Positions 51,026 through 62,241 of a DNA stretch of 64,000 bases are shown here, piece by piece. The DNA is taken from the NCBI GenBank assembly GCA_020248265.1, contig JADCHX010000012.1, positions 20,378 to 84,377 of the forward strand, written 5' to 3'. A model generated the notes under the pieces. The model searched no databases. It was not told the DNA's origin and saw nothing but the letters and a program-made list of their open reading frames with translations. The position numbers and the translations under genes were made by a program. How positions within the stretch are numbered: position 1 is the first letter of the stretch; each line of letters opens with the position of its first letter. The DNA is from Rhodocyclaceae bacterium. Its GTDB lineage: Bacteria > Pseudomonadota > Gammaproteobacteria > Burkholderiales > CAIKXV01.

Positions 51026-52077
51026 CCGTCGGCGCAGCGGCGACGCCCGTCTCGGTGATCACCGGCTTCCTCGGCAGCGGCAAGACGACCCTGCTGCGCC
51101 ATCTGCTGCGCGATCCGGCCATGGGGCGCACCGCTGTGATCATCAACGAGTTCGGCGAGATCGGGATCGACCACGACCTGATCGAATCGAGCGACGAGAA
51201 TTTCATCGAACTGACCACCGGCTGCCTGTGCTGCAAGGTACGCAGCGACCTGGTGATGACCTTGCGCGATATGGCCCGGCGACGCGCCACCGGTACACTG
51301 CCGGGGTTCGAACAGGTACTGATCGAGACGTCCGGGCTCGCGGATCCGGCCGCCATCCTGCAGGCACTGATGGTCGATCCGGAACTCGCAGGGCTTTACG
51401 TGCTCGGCGAGGTGATCACCACCGTCGATTCGCTGCTTGGCCTCGCGACGCTCGACCACCACAGACAGTCGGCACGGCAGGTTGCGGTGGCCGACCGGAT
51501 CCTCCTGACCAAGGCAGACCTGACTGCGGTATCGCCGGCACTGGATGCGCGACTGCATCGGCTGAACCCGGGCGCCCGTCGATTGCCGGTAGCCCACGGG
51601 GCCATCGGGGCGTCGACCCTGTTCAACGAGCCTGCCAGGGGCACTGGTTCGATCGCCGGCTACCTGCCTGTCGAGGGTAGCGCCCGGGCCTCGATCGCCG
51701 GCCTTGCAGCCATCGACCCCGCCGCGGTCCACGATCCACGCATCGCCTCCTGGTGCCTGCTGCGCGAGAGGCCGCTGCATGCGCTGACGCTGGCCCTGTT
51801 CCTCGAAGGGCTGATGGAACACTGCGGCGACCGGCTGCTGCGCGTCAAGGGCCTTATCGGCGTGGTGGAACGACCGGAGGGGCCGGCCGTGCTGCACGGC
51901 GTGCAGCATGTGTTCCATCCGCCGCAGTGGCTCGACCGCTGGCCTTCGGCCGACCGGCGCACGCGCATCGTGTTCATCGGGGAGGCGATCCCCGCGCAGT
52001 GGATCTCGACGCTGCTCGAGGTGCTGGACGACGATGTCGCCCGCGAGCAGGCCCGCCACGCGGCTGCGGCCCGCTGA
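51022..52077 (+). CDS. CobW/COG0523 family GTP-binding metallochaperone
   Basis: P-loop ITGFLGSGKTTLL, metal-binding GCLCC, ETSGLADP, and a CobW C-terminal domain. Confidence 0.85.
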   Translation: MTVGAAATPVSVITGFLGSGKTTLLRHLLRDPAMGRTAVIINEFGEIGIDHDLIESSDENFIELTTGCLCCKVRSDLVMTLRDMARRRATGTLPGFEQVLIETSGLADPAAILQALMVDPELAGLYVLGEVITTVDSLLGLATLDHHRQSARQVAVADRILLTKADLTAVSPALDARLHRLNPGARRLPVAHGAIGASTLFNEPARGTGSIAGYLPVEGSARASIAGLAAIDPAAVHDPRIASWCLLRERPLHALTLALFLEGLMEHCGDRLLRVKGLIGVVERPEGPAVLHGVQHVFHPPQWLDRWPSADRRTRIVFIGEAIPAQWISTLLEVLDDDVAREQARHAAAAR

Positions 52078-52084
52078 AGGCCCT

Positions 52085-53446
52085 TCAGCGCGCGCCGCAG
52101 GTCCTGATCACCGAGTACAGATCATCGACGTCGTGCCATTCGTGGGCGCGGTCGATCGCCGCCTCGAGCCGTGCCACGCCGTCGTCCGACAGCACGAGCC
52201 CGGCGAGTTCGCGGAACTTCGCGCGCAGGGCCGATTCCGGGTGCGGATTCTGGAAATCGCCGCGCGCGCTCTCGATGACATGGGTGCTTCTGCGCCCATC
52301 GGTCAGGGTCAGCGTGACACGAGCAGGCTTCAGGCGGGGCACCTGGGCGCTGAATGCAGGATCCTCGCGGATGTGCACCTTCCGGCGCAGTGCCGCGAAT
52401 GACGGATCGTCGACCTTGTCTGCCGTGAACGCCTGGTAGCCCGCATGTCCGAGCAGTACCAGCGCGGCGGCGGCATGCGGCAGCGAGTACTTGGACGCGA
52501 AGTAGTTCGCCGGGGCCGGATCGTTCATCACTGCGGCGAATGCATAGGTCTCGACATCGATGCGTTCGACCTGTTCCGGCGTCGGGGCGAGTCCCGCCAG
52601 CGCTGCCTCGAGGGCATCGAGCGCCGAGTAGATCGGATTGCAGCAGGCGCGCAGACGGAAATGGTTGCGCGCGATCTCCCATTGCGAGCCTAGTTCCTCG
52701 GTTACCGGGGCCGGGTCGAACCCGTCCCCGACCAGTTGGGCAAGGGCTTCGTCGACCGCATCTGCGCGTCCGGTGAAGCCGGCAGCGACCAGGTCTGCCA
52801 CCAGCGCGCCGTTGAAGCCGCTCATGCCGCCGGCGACGTTCAGCGCCGTGGCACCGGCGACGGTATGGGAATAGGAGGGCACGAGGACCAGCGGTGCGCC
52901 GATTCGCAGCGCAGACGCGATGCCGGCGGCGTCGAAGCCACGCAGCCGTGCGCCGGCCGCGATCGCGCCCAGCATCGCGGTCTGGCCGTTCTGGTGCGCG
53001 CGCGGGCGTGCCGCCAGGCCCGCGCCCAGGCGAACCCCGATGTCGTAACCGACCACCAGCGCTGTCAGGAGTTCGGTGCCGGGCGAGCGCATGCGCTCGC
53101 CCACCGCCAGCACCGCGGGAAGCACCTGCACCCCGGCCTGACAGGAGACGAATCGATGCCCTTCGCACAGCTCGACCGAGCGCCCGGCGATACCGTTGAG
53201 CAGGGCGGCGGTACGCATGTCTGCACGGACCGGCGGCGCGCAGACCAGCGTCGCGTCGCAGTCGGCTGTCCCGTGCACGCGCAGCGCGTCGCGCAGCAGC
53301 GCCACCTCGGGCTGCAGCGAGCCTGCGAGCATCACGCCGACGGTGTCGAGAAGCACCAGCCGCGCCTGGTGCTGGACTGCCGCAGGCAGATCGCGCCAGT
53401 GGGTGTGCGCAGCGTGGGCGGCCAGCCGGTCTACCGTCGTGCTCAT
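52085..53446 (-). CDS. MmgE/PrpD family protein (2-methylcitrate dehydratase-like)
   Basis: 453 aa with PrpD-family N- and C-domain strings (LLDTVGVMLAG..., HPESAL...). The start is trimmed to ATG 53446. Confidence 0.75.
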   Translation of the reverse strand: MSTTVDRLAAHAAHTHWRDLPAAVQHQARLVLLDTVGVMLAGSLQPEVALLRDALRVHGTADCDATLVCAPPVRADMRTAALLNGIAGRSVELCEGHRFVSCQAGVQVLPAVLAVGERMRSPGTELLTALVVGYDIGVRLGAGLAARPRAHQNGQTAMLGAIAAGARLRGFDAAGIASALRIGAPLVLVPSYSHTVAGATALNVAGGMSGFNGALVADLVAAGFTGRADAVDEALAQLVGDGFDPAPVTEELGSQWEIARNHFRLRACCNPIYSALDALEAALAGLAPTPEQVERIDVETYAFAAVMNDPAPANYFASKYSLPHAAAALVLLGHAGYQAFTADKVDDPSFAALRRKVHIREDPAFSAQVPRLKPARVTLTLTDGRRSTHVIESARGDFQNPHPESALRAKFRELAGLVLSDDGVARLEAAIDRAHEWHDVDDLYSVIRTCGAR

Positions 53447-53448
53447 GG

Positions 53449-54447
53449 TCAGTCCACCTTGATCTTTGCTTCCCTGACCAGGCGCGCCCACATGGCGATC
53501 TCGCCGCGCACGAGCTTGTCGAGCTGCGCGGGCGTGCCGCCGACCGGTACCGCCCCTTCGCTCAGGAATCTCTCGCGGAACTCAGGCACCTTCATCGCGC
53601 GGGCTACCTCCGCCTGGATTCGGCCGACGATGTCGGTCGAGGTGCCCGCTGGTGCGAACAGCGCAAACCAGCCCTGCGCCTCGTAGCCCTTCAGCCCCTG
53701 TTCGCCGACGGTCTGCACGTTCGGAAGCGCGGGCGAGCGCTCCGCCGTGGTCATTGCAACGGCGCGCAGCTTTCCGGCACGGATCTGCGCCATCACCGTC
53801 TCGATGGTGGCGAACATCACTTGCGTCTCGCCGGTAAGCACGCCGGTCATCGCCTGGCCGCCGCCCTTGTACGGTACCTGGGTCAACCGTGTCTGGGTGA
53901 CCGACATGAACGACTCCCCGGCGAGGTGGATCAGGCTGCCCGGCCCCGCGGTCGAGTAGAGCAGTTCGCCCGGCTTGGCCTTCGCCAGCCGGACCAGGTC
54001 GAGCACCGTCTTCACCGGCAGCGATGGGTGGGCGACGACGACCAGCGGTACGGTGGTGACCACCGAGATCGGCGCGAAATCCTTCACCGGGTCGTAGCCG
54101 AGCTTCGGATACAGCGCCGCCGCAGCGCTGAAGGCTGCGGACGACAGCAGCAGCGTGTAGCCATCGGCGGGGGCGCGGGCAACGAACTCGATGCCGACCG
54201 TGCTGCCGGCGCCCGGCCGGTTTTCGACGATCATGGTGCCCAGCGTCTCGCTCAGCCGCTGTGCGACCAGTCGGCCGAAGATGTCGGCACCGCCGCCGGG
54301 AGCGAATGGCACAACCAGCCGGATCGGCTTTTCAGGGTACTTCTGCGCTTGCGCAACCGACAGCCCGGTGCCCGCGAGGACGCCGACCAGGACGGTGATT
54401 GCAAGGGGCTGCAGCAGGCGGTGCCGTATCGGCGTGGGCTCGGACAA
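53449..54447 (-). CDS. Bug/TctC family substrate-binding protein
   Basis: YPEKPIRLVVPFAPGGGADIFGR, NRPGAGS, YSTAGPGSLIHL and VPYKGGGQA. The start is assigned to TTG 54447, 6 nt after AGGAGA. Confidence 0.75.
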   Translation of the reverse strand: MSEPTPIRHRLLQPLAITVLVGVLAGTGLSVAQAQKYPEKPIRLVVPFAPGGGADIFGRLVAQRLSETLGTMIVENRPGAGSTVGIEFVARAPADGYTLLLSSAAFSAAAALYPKLGYDPVKDFAPISVVTTVPLVVVAHPSLPVKTVLDLVRLAKAKPGELLYSTAGPGSLIHLAGESFMSVTQTRLTQVPYKGGGQAMTGVLTGETQVMFATIETVMAQIRAGKLRAVAMTTAERSPALPNVQTVGEQGLKGYEAQGWFALFAPAGTSTDIVGRIQAEVARAMKVPEFRERFLSEGAVPVGGTPAQLDKLVRGEIAMWARLVREAKIKVD

Positions 54448-54588
54448 GATCGCTCTCCTGGTGGTGCGGCGCGCCGCGCCGCATGAGTCGGCTGACGATA
54501 CCACTTCGGAATCCATGTACTGCCAGCCATGTGCCGATCGGTGCCGAGGGCTCCCGGCAGGCACCGGGCCGGCCGGCGCTTCGCCGGA

Positions 54589-55164
54589 CTACTCGCGCGG
54601 TCGCCTCGACCCGAGTTGCAGCAGCAGGTACCCGCCCAGCATTCCACCCAGGTGCGCGAAGTGCGCGACACCGGCCTGCGAGCCGGTGACCCCCAACACC
54701 AACTCGAGCGCTGCGTACAGCGACACGAACAGCCAGGCGGGCATGGGGATCGGCGGGAACAGCAGCATCAGTTTCCGGTACGGGAAGAACAGGCCATACG
54801 CGAGCAGCAAGCCGAACACGCCGCCGGAGGCCCCCACCGTCGGGTAGGGCATCGCGCTGACATAGGCGACCAGCAACTGCAGCAGCGCTGCCGACACCAC
54901 GCACCCGAGGTAATACTGCAGGAAGCGGCGGCTGCCAAGCACCCGTTCCACGTCCCGGCCGAACATCCACAGGGCCAGCATGTTAACGCCCAGGTGCAAG
55001 ATGCCACCGTGCAGGAAGCTGTAGGACACCAGCTGCCAGAACATGAAGTGAGGCTGTGTATCCGGACCGGGCGGCCAGAGCCCGAACCAGTAGAGCAGGA
55101 AATCGCCGTAGAAGGTCTGCGCACAGAACCCGGCGATGTTGAGGAAGAGCAGTGTACGGACCAT
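54589..55164 (-). CDS. Rhomboid family intramembrane serine protease
   Basis: Six TM helices, with HLGVNM, GASGGVFG (catalytic Ser) and AHLGGML (catalytic His). Confidence 0.85.
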   Translation of the reverse strand: MVRTLLFLNIAGFCAQTFYGDFLLYWFGLWPPGPDTQPHFMFWQLVSYSFLHGGILHLGVNMLALWMFGRDVERVLGSRRFLQYYLGCVVSAALLQLLVAYVSAMPYPTVGASGGVFGLLLAYGLFFPYRKLMLLFPPIPMPAWLFVSLYAALELVLGVTGSQAGVAHFAHLGGMLGGYLLLQLGSRRPRE

Positions 55165-55225
55165 GGACGGATACCTTAACGCAGACGGTCCTGGGGCGTA
55201 CAGGACGCTGCGCCATGCGGCACAT

Positions 55226-55666
55226 TCACACCCGCATCAGGCGCTGCTTCTGCCGCTCCCACTCCCGGTCTTTCTCGCTGGCGCGCTTGTCGTGCTGTTT
55301 CTTGCCCTTGGCCAGCCCGACCGCGAGCTTCACCCGACCGCGCGTCAGGTGCAGGTCCAGCGGCACCAGGGTGTAGCCAGCCCGTTCGACCTTGCCGATC
55401 AGGGTGGCGATCTCCTCTGCATGCAGCAGCAGCTTGCGGGTGCGCGTCGGGTCCGGCGTGACATGGGTCGACGCCGATGTCAGCGGGCTGATATGACAGC
55501 CGATCAGGAACACCTCGCCGTTACGCACCACCACGTACGCTTCCTTGAGCTGCGACCGACCGGCACGGATCGCTTTCACTTCCCAGCCCATCAGGGAGAG
55601 GCCGGCCTCATGACGTTCTTCGATGAAGTAGTCGTGGGAGGCTTTGCGGTTTTCTGCCAGGCGCAT
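55226..55666 (-). CDS. smpB: SsrA-binding protein SmpB
   Basis: NRKA.HDYFIEE..EAGL.L.G.EVK..R....L.EAY...RNGE.FL......P and C-terminal K/R-rich tail. The start is trimmed to ATG 55666. Confidence 0.9.
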   Translation of the reverse strand: MRLAENRKASHDYFIEERHEAGLSLMGWEVKAIRAGRSQLKEAYVVVRNGEVFLIGCHISPLTSASTHVTPDPTRTRKLLLHAEEIATLIGKVERAGYTLVPLDLHLTRGRVKLAVGLAKGKKQHDKRASEKDREWERQKQRLMRV

Positions 55667-56008
55667 GTCAGGTCCGGAAGTGTTGCGGTGCGGGAATCGA
55701 GGTCGGAGGCTGTCCGGAAGCTGCTCCGGGCACCGCAATGGCGCCCGAAGATGCACGGGGCACATCGAAAGGGGGTGAGAAAATCGCGGAAACCCGTTAT
55801 TCTACGAGCTTTTGCGCGGGGTACTCCGCGCTTCTTGATGTTGCAGCATGACATCCACGGTCGCACCAACACAGTGCGGGTCGTTACGCGAAGGAAACAG
55901 CACGCGAGCGGACGGGCGCAAGGCCGGGTCCGAGGCGCACCGAAGCGCGGTCAGGATGCGCGTCCGTCGGCGTGCGCGACCTGCATTTACAAGTCACGGA
56001 TCGGCTAG

Positions 56009-56446
56009 ATGGCATTGGTTGAAAAGTCGGTCCTTGTTCAGTTCACACCGGAACAGATGTTCAGGCTGGTCGACCAGGTAGAGGATTACCCGGCGTTCCT
56101 GCCATGGTGTGGTGGCAGTTCGGTCGCTGACCGTGGTGCGGCAAAGCTCCGCGCGACGGTCGTGATCGACTACCACCGGATTCAGCAGAGTTTCACGACG
56201 GAAAACACCCGGGTCGAACCGGAGTCGATCGACGTGAAGCTGGTCGAAGGGCCGTTTCGGCAACTTGACGGGTCCTGGCGATTCAAGGCCCTGGGTCAGG
56301 CGGCTTGCAAGATCGAGTTCCGTCTCCATTATGAGTTTGCGAGCCGGATCCTTGAGAAGTTGCTTTCACCGGTGTTCAATCACATAGCGAACACCTTCGT
56401 CGATGCGTTCGTGAAGCGGGCCGAACAGGTCTACGGTAAACAATGA
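56009..56446 (+). CDS. ratA: SRPBCC-fold RatA/YfjG-family protein (ribosome-association toxin / CoQ-binding family)
   Basis: 145 aa (MFRLVDQVEDYPAFLPWC...) in the conserved smpB-ratA-rnfH neighbourhood. Confidence 0.8.
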   Translation: MALVEKSVLVQFTPEQMFRLVDQVEDYPAFLPWCGGSSVADRGAAKLRATVVIDYHRIQQSFTTENTRVEPESIDVKLVEGPFRQLDGSWRFKALGQAACKIEFRLHYEFASRILEKLLSPVFNHIANTFVDAFVKRAEQVYGKQ

Positions 56447-56772
56447 GTGATTTTCGAGTTGAAGTGGTTTACGCGCTGCCGCAACGGCAGACCCTCATCG
56501 CCCTGACCGTCGATGAGGGAACGACGGTCGCGCAGGCGATCCGGCGGTCCGGCCTGCTCGAACAGCACCCGGATCTAGATCCGAAGACTGCGCAGGTCGG
56601 TGTGTGGGGCAGGGCTGTCGAACTGGATCACCGTCTCCGCGATCGCGACCGAGTCGAGATACACCGGCCGATCACTGCTGACGTGAAGGAAGTGCGGCGC
56701 GAGCGAGTGCAGTCGAGTCGGGCGTCGGCAGCCACTGGCAAACGTACGAGTCCGGCACGCCGACGCGCCTGA
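56443..56772 (+). CDS. rnfH: RnfH family ubiquitin-fold protein
   Basis: VEVVYALPQRQ...V..G.TV..AI..SG.........VG.WG..V.....L...DRVEI.RP. ATGA overlap with ratA. Confidence 0.8.
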   Translation: MSDFRVEVVYALPQRQTLIALTVDEGTTVAQAIRRSGLLEQHPDLDPKTAQVGVWGRAVELDHRLRDRDRVEIHRPITADVKEVRRERVQSSRASAATGKRTSPARRRA

Positions 56773-56841
56773 CAGGGCGAATGCGAACAGACGGCGCTCT
56801 GAAGAGTCGGGCGCGCTGATGCGTTGCGCCCGGGATATGCG

Positions 56842-57390
56842 TCAGCCTGGTTGATTGGCTGACGCGCCTGCCGGCGCAGGGGGCTTGCACCACGAGTCGG
56901 CGGAGCGTCGGGCATCGGCCAATTCGACCTCCCGCTCCTTCTCGTCGAGGAATATCCGCTCGCCGGTCTTGGGATCCAGCCGGGTCGCCCGGCCGCCGGC
57001 CTGAAGGTTGCGCACATAGGCTTGAGCCTGCTCGCACCGCTGCGCGCGTTCCTTCGCCTCAGCCTCCGCCTTCTCCTGTTTCACCCGACTTTCCTCACGC
57101 TCGAGCTGGCGCTTGCTGAATTCGAGAGACTTCTCGTTGAGCGTCTGCGCCTTGCGCTCGTCACCCTTTGGCAGCGGCGTACTGGTACTGGTGCTGGCGG
57201 CGCTGGAGCTCGTCGGGCGCCCGCCCTTGACCTTGAGATCCTTGACCACGCCTTCCGGCGGGCGGTCGGAGATCTGGCGCCTTCCTTGCTCGTCCGTCCA
57301 GCTGTAGATCTGGCTAAGTACCGGCGGCGTGCCGCCGAGCAGCAGCAAGATCGACAGCGTGGCAGCGATGACAGCCTTGATGCGTGACAT
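56842..57390 (-). CDS. DUF4124-type secreted protein
   Basis: Signal peptide, then the IYSWTDEQGRRQISDRPP motif and a charged coiled-coil-like C-terminus. Confidence 0.65.
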   Translation of the reverse strand: MSRIKAVIAATLSILLLLGGTPPVLSQIYSWTDEQGRRQISDRPPEGVVKDLKVKGGRPTSSSAASTSTSTPLPKGDERKAQTLNEKSLEFSKRQLEREESRVKQEKAEAEAKERAQRCEQAQAYVRNLQAGGRATRLDPKTGERIFLDEKEREVELADARRSADSWCKPPAPAGASANQPG

Positions 57391-57547
57391 GATTGCTCCT
57401 CTGGGGCGTCCATCCATCTCGGACAGTCGCAGGTGCCACGTTCGTGGGCAGGCGGTGCATAACGAAACCTGCGAAAAATCGGTTGCATGCAGGCAACAGG
57501 CCGTTTAAGCAGGGCGGCGCGCGAGGATACAAGGCGCCAGCCAGTAA

Positions 57548-59131
<1,584 letters not shown>

Positions 59132-59176
59132 TGTTTCGAACGACGTCTCGAGCGCCCCGGGCGCGGGCGGGGCACG

Positions 59177-60766
59177 ATGACAGCCGCGAGCCATGACTGC
59201 ATCCTGATCCTCGATTTCGGTTCGCAGGTGACCCAGCTGATCGCACGCCGCGTGCGAGAGGCGAACGTGTACTGTGAAGTGCATCCGTGCGACCTGCCGG
59301 AGGCCGAGATCCGCCGGATCGCGCCCAAGGGCGTGATCCTGTCCGGCAGCCACATGTCGGCCTACGAAGAGTCGACCGATCGCGCGCCCCAGACGGTATT
59401 CGACCTCGGCGTGCCGGTGCTGGGTATCTGTTACGGCATGCAGACGATGGCGCAGCAACTGGGCGGCAAGGTCGAGAGCGGCGCGAACCGCGAGTTCGGC
59501 TTCGCCGAAGTTCGGGCGCGCGGCCACACATGGCTGCTCGACGGCATCGAGGATGCACGCAACGCCGAAGGGCACGGCCTGCTCAAGGTCTGGATGAGCC
59601 ACGGCGACAAGGTCACCGAACTGCCGCCTGGCTTCAAGCTGATGGCCTCCACCGACAGCTGCCCGATCGCAGGCATGGCCGACGAGGCACGCAACTTCTA
59701 CGGCGTGCAGTTCCACCCCGAGGTGACGCATACGCTGCAGGGCGGGCGGATTCTCGAGCGCTTCGTGATCGACATCTGCGAATGCGCGCCCGACTGGGTG
59801 ATGAGCGACTACGTCGCCGAGGCGAGCGAGCAGGTGAAAGCGCGGGTGGGCAGCGAAGAGGTGATCCTCGGCCTGTCCGGCGGCGTCGATTCGGCGGTGG
59901 CCGCTGCCCTCATCCACAAGGCGATTGGCGACCGCCTGACCTGCATCTTCGTCGATACAGGACTGCTGCGGCTGGGCGAGGGCGACCAGGTGATGGAGAC
60001 GCTGAACCGCCACCTCGGTGTGAAGGTGATCCGCATCGACGCCGGCCCACGCTTCCTCGGCGCATTGGAAGGCTGCGCCGACCCGGAAGCCAAGCGCAAG
60101 ATCATCGGTCGCGAGTTCGTGCATGTGTTCCAGGAAGAAGCCGCGAAGCTGCCGAACGCGAAGTGGCTGGCGCAGGGCACGATCTATCCGGACGTGATCG
60201 AGTCGGCCGGGGCCAAGACGAAGAAGGCCACGACCATCAAGAGCCACCACAACGTCGGTGGCCTGCCAGACACGCTGCACCTGAAGCTGCTCGAGCCGCT
60301 GCGCGAACTGTTCAAGGACGAGGTGCGCGAGCTCGGCCTCGCACTCGGGCTGCCGCGCGAGATGGTGTTCCGGCATCCATTCCCGGGACCGGGGCTGGGC
60401 GTGCGCATCCTCGGCGAAGTGAAGCCCAAGTATGCAGAACTGCTGCGCCGCGCCGATGCGATCTTCATCGACGAACTGCGCAAGACCTCGCACGAAGGAG
60501 TGAGCTGGTACGACCTGACCAGCCAGGCCTTCGCCGTGTTCCTGCCGGTGAAGGCGGTGGGCGTGATGGGCGACGGACGCACGTACGAGTATGTGGTTGC
60601 GCTGCGCGCGGTGCAGACCCAGGATTTCATGACTGCGCACTGGGCGCACCTGCCGCACGAACTGCTCGGGCGCGTGTCGAACCGGATCATCAATGAAGTA
60701 CGAGGGATAAACCGGGTCGTTTACGACATATCGGGGAAGCCGCCGGCGACGATCGAGTGGGAGTAG
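59177..60766 (+). CDS. guaA: GMP synthase (glutamine-hydrolysing)
   Basis: GATase domain ([14 protein letters not shown]), ATP-PPase SGGVDS motif, and C-terminal dimerisation domain ending ...PPATIEWE. Confidence 0.95.
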   Translation: MTAASHDCILILDFGSQVTQLIARRVREANVYCEVHPCDLPEAEIRRIAPKGVILSGSHMSAYEESTDRAPQTVFDLGVPVLGICYGMQTMAQQLGGKVESGANREFGFAEVRARGHTWLLDGIEDARNAEGHGLLKVWMSHGDKVTELPPGFKLMASTDSCPIAGMADEARNFYGVQFHPEVTHTLQGGRILERFVIDICECAPDWVMSDYVAEASEQVKARVGSEEVILGLSGGVDSAVAAALIHKAIGDRLTCIFVDTGLLRLGEGDQVMETLNRHLGVKVIRIDAGPRFLGALEGCADPEAKRKIIGREFVHVFQEEAAKLPNAKWLAQGTIYPDVIESAGAKTKKATTIKSHHNVGGLPDTLHLKLLEPLRELFKDEVRELGLALGLPREMVFRHPFPGPGLGVRILGEVKPKYAELLRRADAIFIDELRKTSHEGVSWYDLTSQAFAVFLPVKAVGVMGDGRTYEYVVALRAVQTQDFMTAHWAHLPHELLGRVSNRIINEVRGINRVVYDISGKPPATIEWE

Positions 60767-60767
60767 G
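60753..60767 (+). repeat. Left direct repeat (guaA 3' end)
   Basis: TCGAGTGGGAGTAGG, identical to 63328-63342. Confidence 0.8.
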
Positions 60768-60921
60768 TCGTCGAGGGCTGAATTAGAGCGTATTAAAAAT
60801 CAACAGGTTATGTTTTTTATCACCTATCCGAGAGACATCATGAACAGGATAGAGGTCACGGTCTAAGTACATGAATCGAATAGGGATGGGTCCTTTTTGA
60901 CGCTTCCTTCAACAAAAAGGG

Positions 60922-61087
60922 TTGACGTCAGATTGACGGTATTCTTGACGGTAGAAATTCGCGCCGATGTAGTTGCCGATAATCTACCGTCACACGAACT
61001 CCGGACCTGACGGCAGAAAAATCGACAGCAATCGCTGGCAAAACATGAAGTTGCCGCTTGTGTAGCCTGAGATTTTTCGTGACGGTA
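60922..61087. repeat. Left cluster of TGACGGTA motifs
   Basis: TGACGGTA occurs at 60934, 60946 and 61080. An inverted copy lies at 60985-60992. Variants are TGACGGCA at 61008 and TGACGTCA at 60923. Several copies extend to tTGACGGTAGAA. Confidence 0.8.
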
Positions 61088-61178
61088 GAAGTTGTGGTTC
61101 ATGGAAAAAGGCATCCACGGCCAACGTCGCCTCTATCCGTTGCTGGAGTTTTCGCCTCGCAGGGAAGGGGCCTTAGCG

Positions 61179-61221
61179 TTAGTACCAAAAACAATAAACG
61201 ATAACATTGGATATGTTATCG
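61179..61221 (+). promoter_or_regulatory. Candidate promoter with overlapping inverted-repeat operator of the wHTH/NTase operon
   Basis: TTAGTA (61179-61184), 17 nt spacer, TAACAT (61202-61207). The perfect 9-bp inverted repeat CGATAACAT-TGGAT-ATGTTATCG (61199-61221) covers the -10 element. Confidence 0.45.
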
Positions 61222-61257
61222 TGCAGGGTCCTTGTTTCACTTAGGCCCTCAATCAGC

Positions 61258-62241
61258 ATGGAAGCCGCCGTTCGCGCGTACCTGAAGAACACGCTCGGAA
61301 TCGACGCTCCGACCACCCTCTGGTCGGGCGTGGGCAGCTTGCCGTACTTCCTCGTGGATGCCTTCGAACTGAAGGCTCTGGCGATCCTGGGTCACCCCGT
61401 CCTGCTCGCCATCGACAAGCGAGCCGATCGCCCCGGCCTTGCCAGCATTCGCGCGCAGATCGACAAGATCCGCGAGGTAACCGGGCTCCCGGTGCTTTAC
61501 GCAACCGAGGCACTGGCCTCCTACGAACGCAAGCGGCTCATCGAGCAGAAGGTACCCTTCGTCGTCCCTGGCAACCAGCTCTATCTGCCCGACCTTGGCG
61601 TGGATCTGCGGGAGTACTTTCGCAAGCCGGCGACGCAGCCCCAGAGCGAGCTCAGCCCGGCCGCCCAGGCCATGCTGATCGCAGTGCTGCTGGGCAAGCC
61701 GTGGCGGGGGGAGTGGGAGCCTGCCGAGGTGCTCGGCCGTCTCGGCTATACCGCCATGACCGCCTCGCGCGCCTCGCGCGAGCTGGTGGCAACCGGGATA
61801 GCGCGTTCGGACAACGTCGCGAGGGTGCGGCGGCTGAAGACCGAGCGCACCGCCCGCGAGACCTGGGAGCATATCAAGCCCCTGCTGCGCAACCCCGTGA
61901 AACGCCGGGTCTGGGTGCTGCCGACCAGCGATCTTGTCGTGCCGGAGCTCAGGCTTGCGGGTCTCAGCGCCCTTGCGCGGCAGTCGATGCTGGTCGAACC
62001 CTCTTGGCCGACTTACGCGCTCAGCCCTTCGCAATGGAAGCTCGCTTCCCAGCAGGGCGCGAAGACGGTGCCCGAGCCTGAGCCCGGGGCCCTCCAGATG
62101 GAGCTTTGGAACTACAGCCCGGCCTTGGTGCCGGACACTTCGCTGGTCGATCCGCTGTCGCTGATGCTGAGCCTGCAGAGCGATGGCGACGATCGGGTAC
62201 AGCAGGCGCTGGCCGAGCTTGAGGAGCACTTGCCGTGGTGA
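61258..62241 (+). CDS. Winged-helix DNA-binding protein, AbiEi-like antitoxin candidate (atypically long)
   Basis: 327 aa counted from ATG 61258 (the track ORF starts at 61207). A central MarR/AbiEi-like wHTH region is present (SPAAQAMLIAVLL...EVLGRLGYTAMTASRASRELVATGIA). It overlaps the downstream NTase gene by 4-7 nt. Confidence 0.55.
   Translation: MEAAVRAYLKNTLGIDAPTTLWSGVGSLPYFLVDAFELKALAILGHPVLLAIDKRADRPGLASIRAQIDKIREVTGLPVLYATEALASYERKRLIEQKVPFVVPGNQLYLPDLGVDLREYFRKPATQPQSELSPAAQAMLIAVLLGKPWRGEWEPAEVLGRLGYTAMTASRASRELVATGIARSDNVARVRRLKTERTARETWEHIKPLLRNPVKRRVWVLPTSDLVVPELRLAGLSALARQSMLVEPSWPTYALSPSQWKLASQQGAKTVPEPEPGALQMELWNYSPALVPDTSLVDPLSLMLSLQSDGDDRVQQALAELEEHLPW

Noticed and set aside
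48051-51356. 1101-aa ORF on the minus strand
   Set aside because: It is antisense to the Bug SBP, hydantoinase and COG0523 genes, all of which have clear family motifs. It has no recognisable domains.
60863-61114. 83-aa minus-strand ORF in the AT-rich left end of the guaA island
   Set aside because: It lies entirely within the TGACGGTA motif array. It has odd Cys/Ser-rich composition and no RBS, so it is more likely a protein-binding DNA region than a gene.
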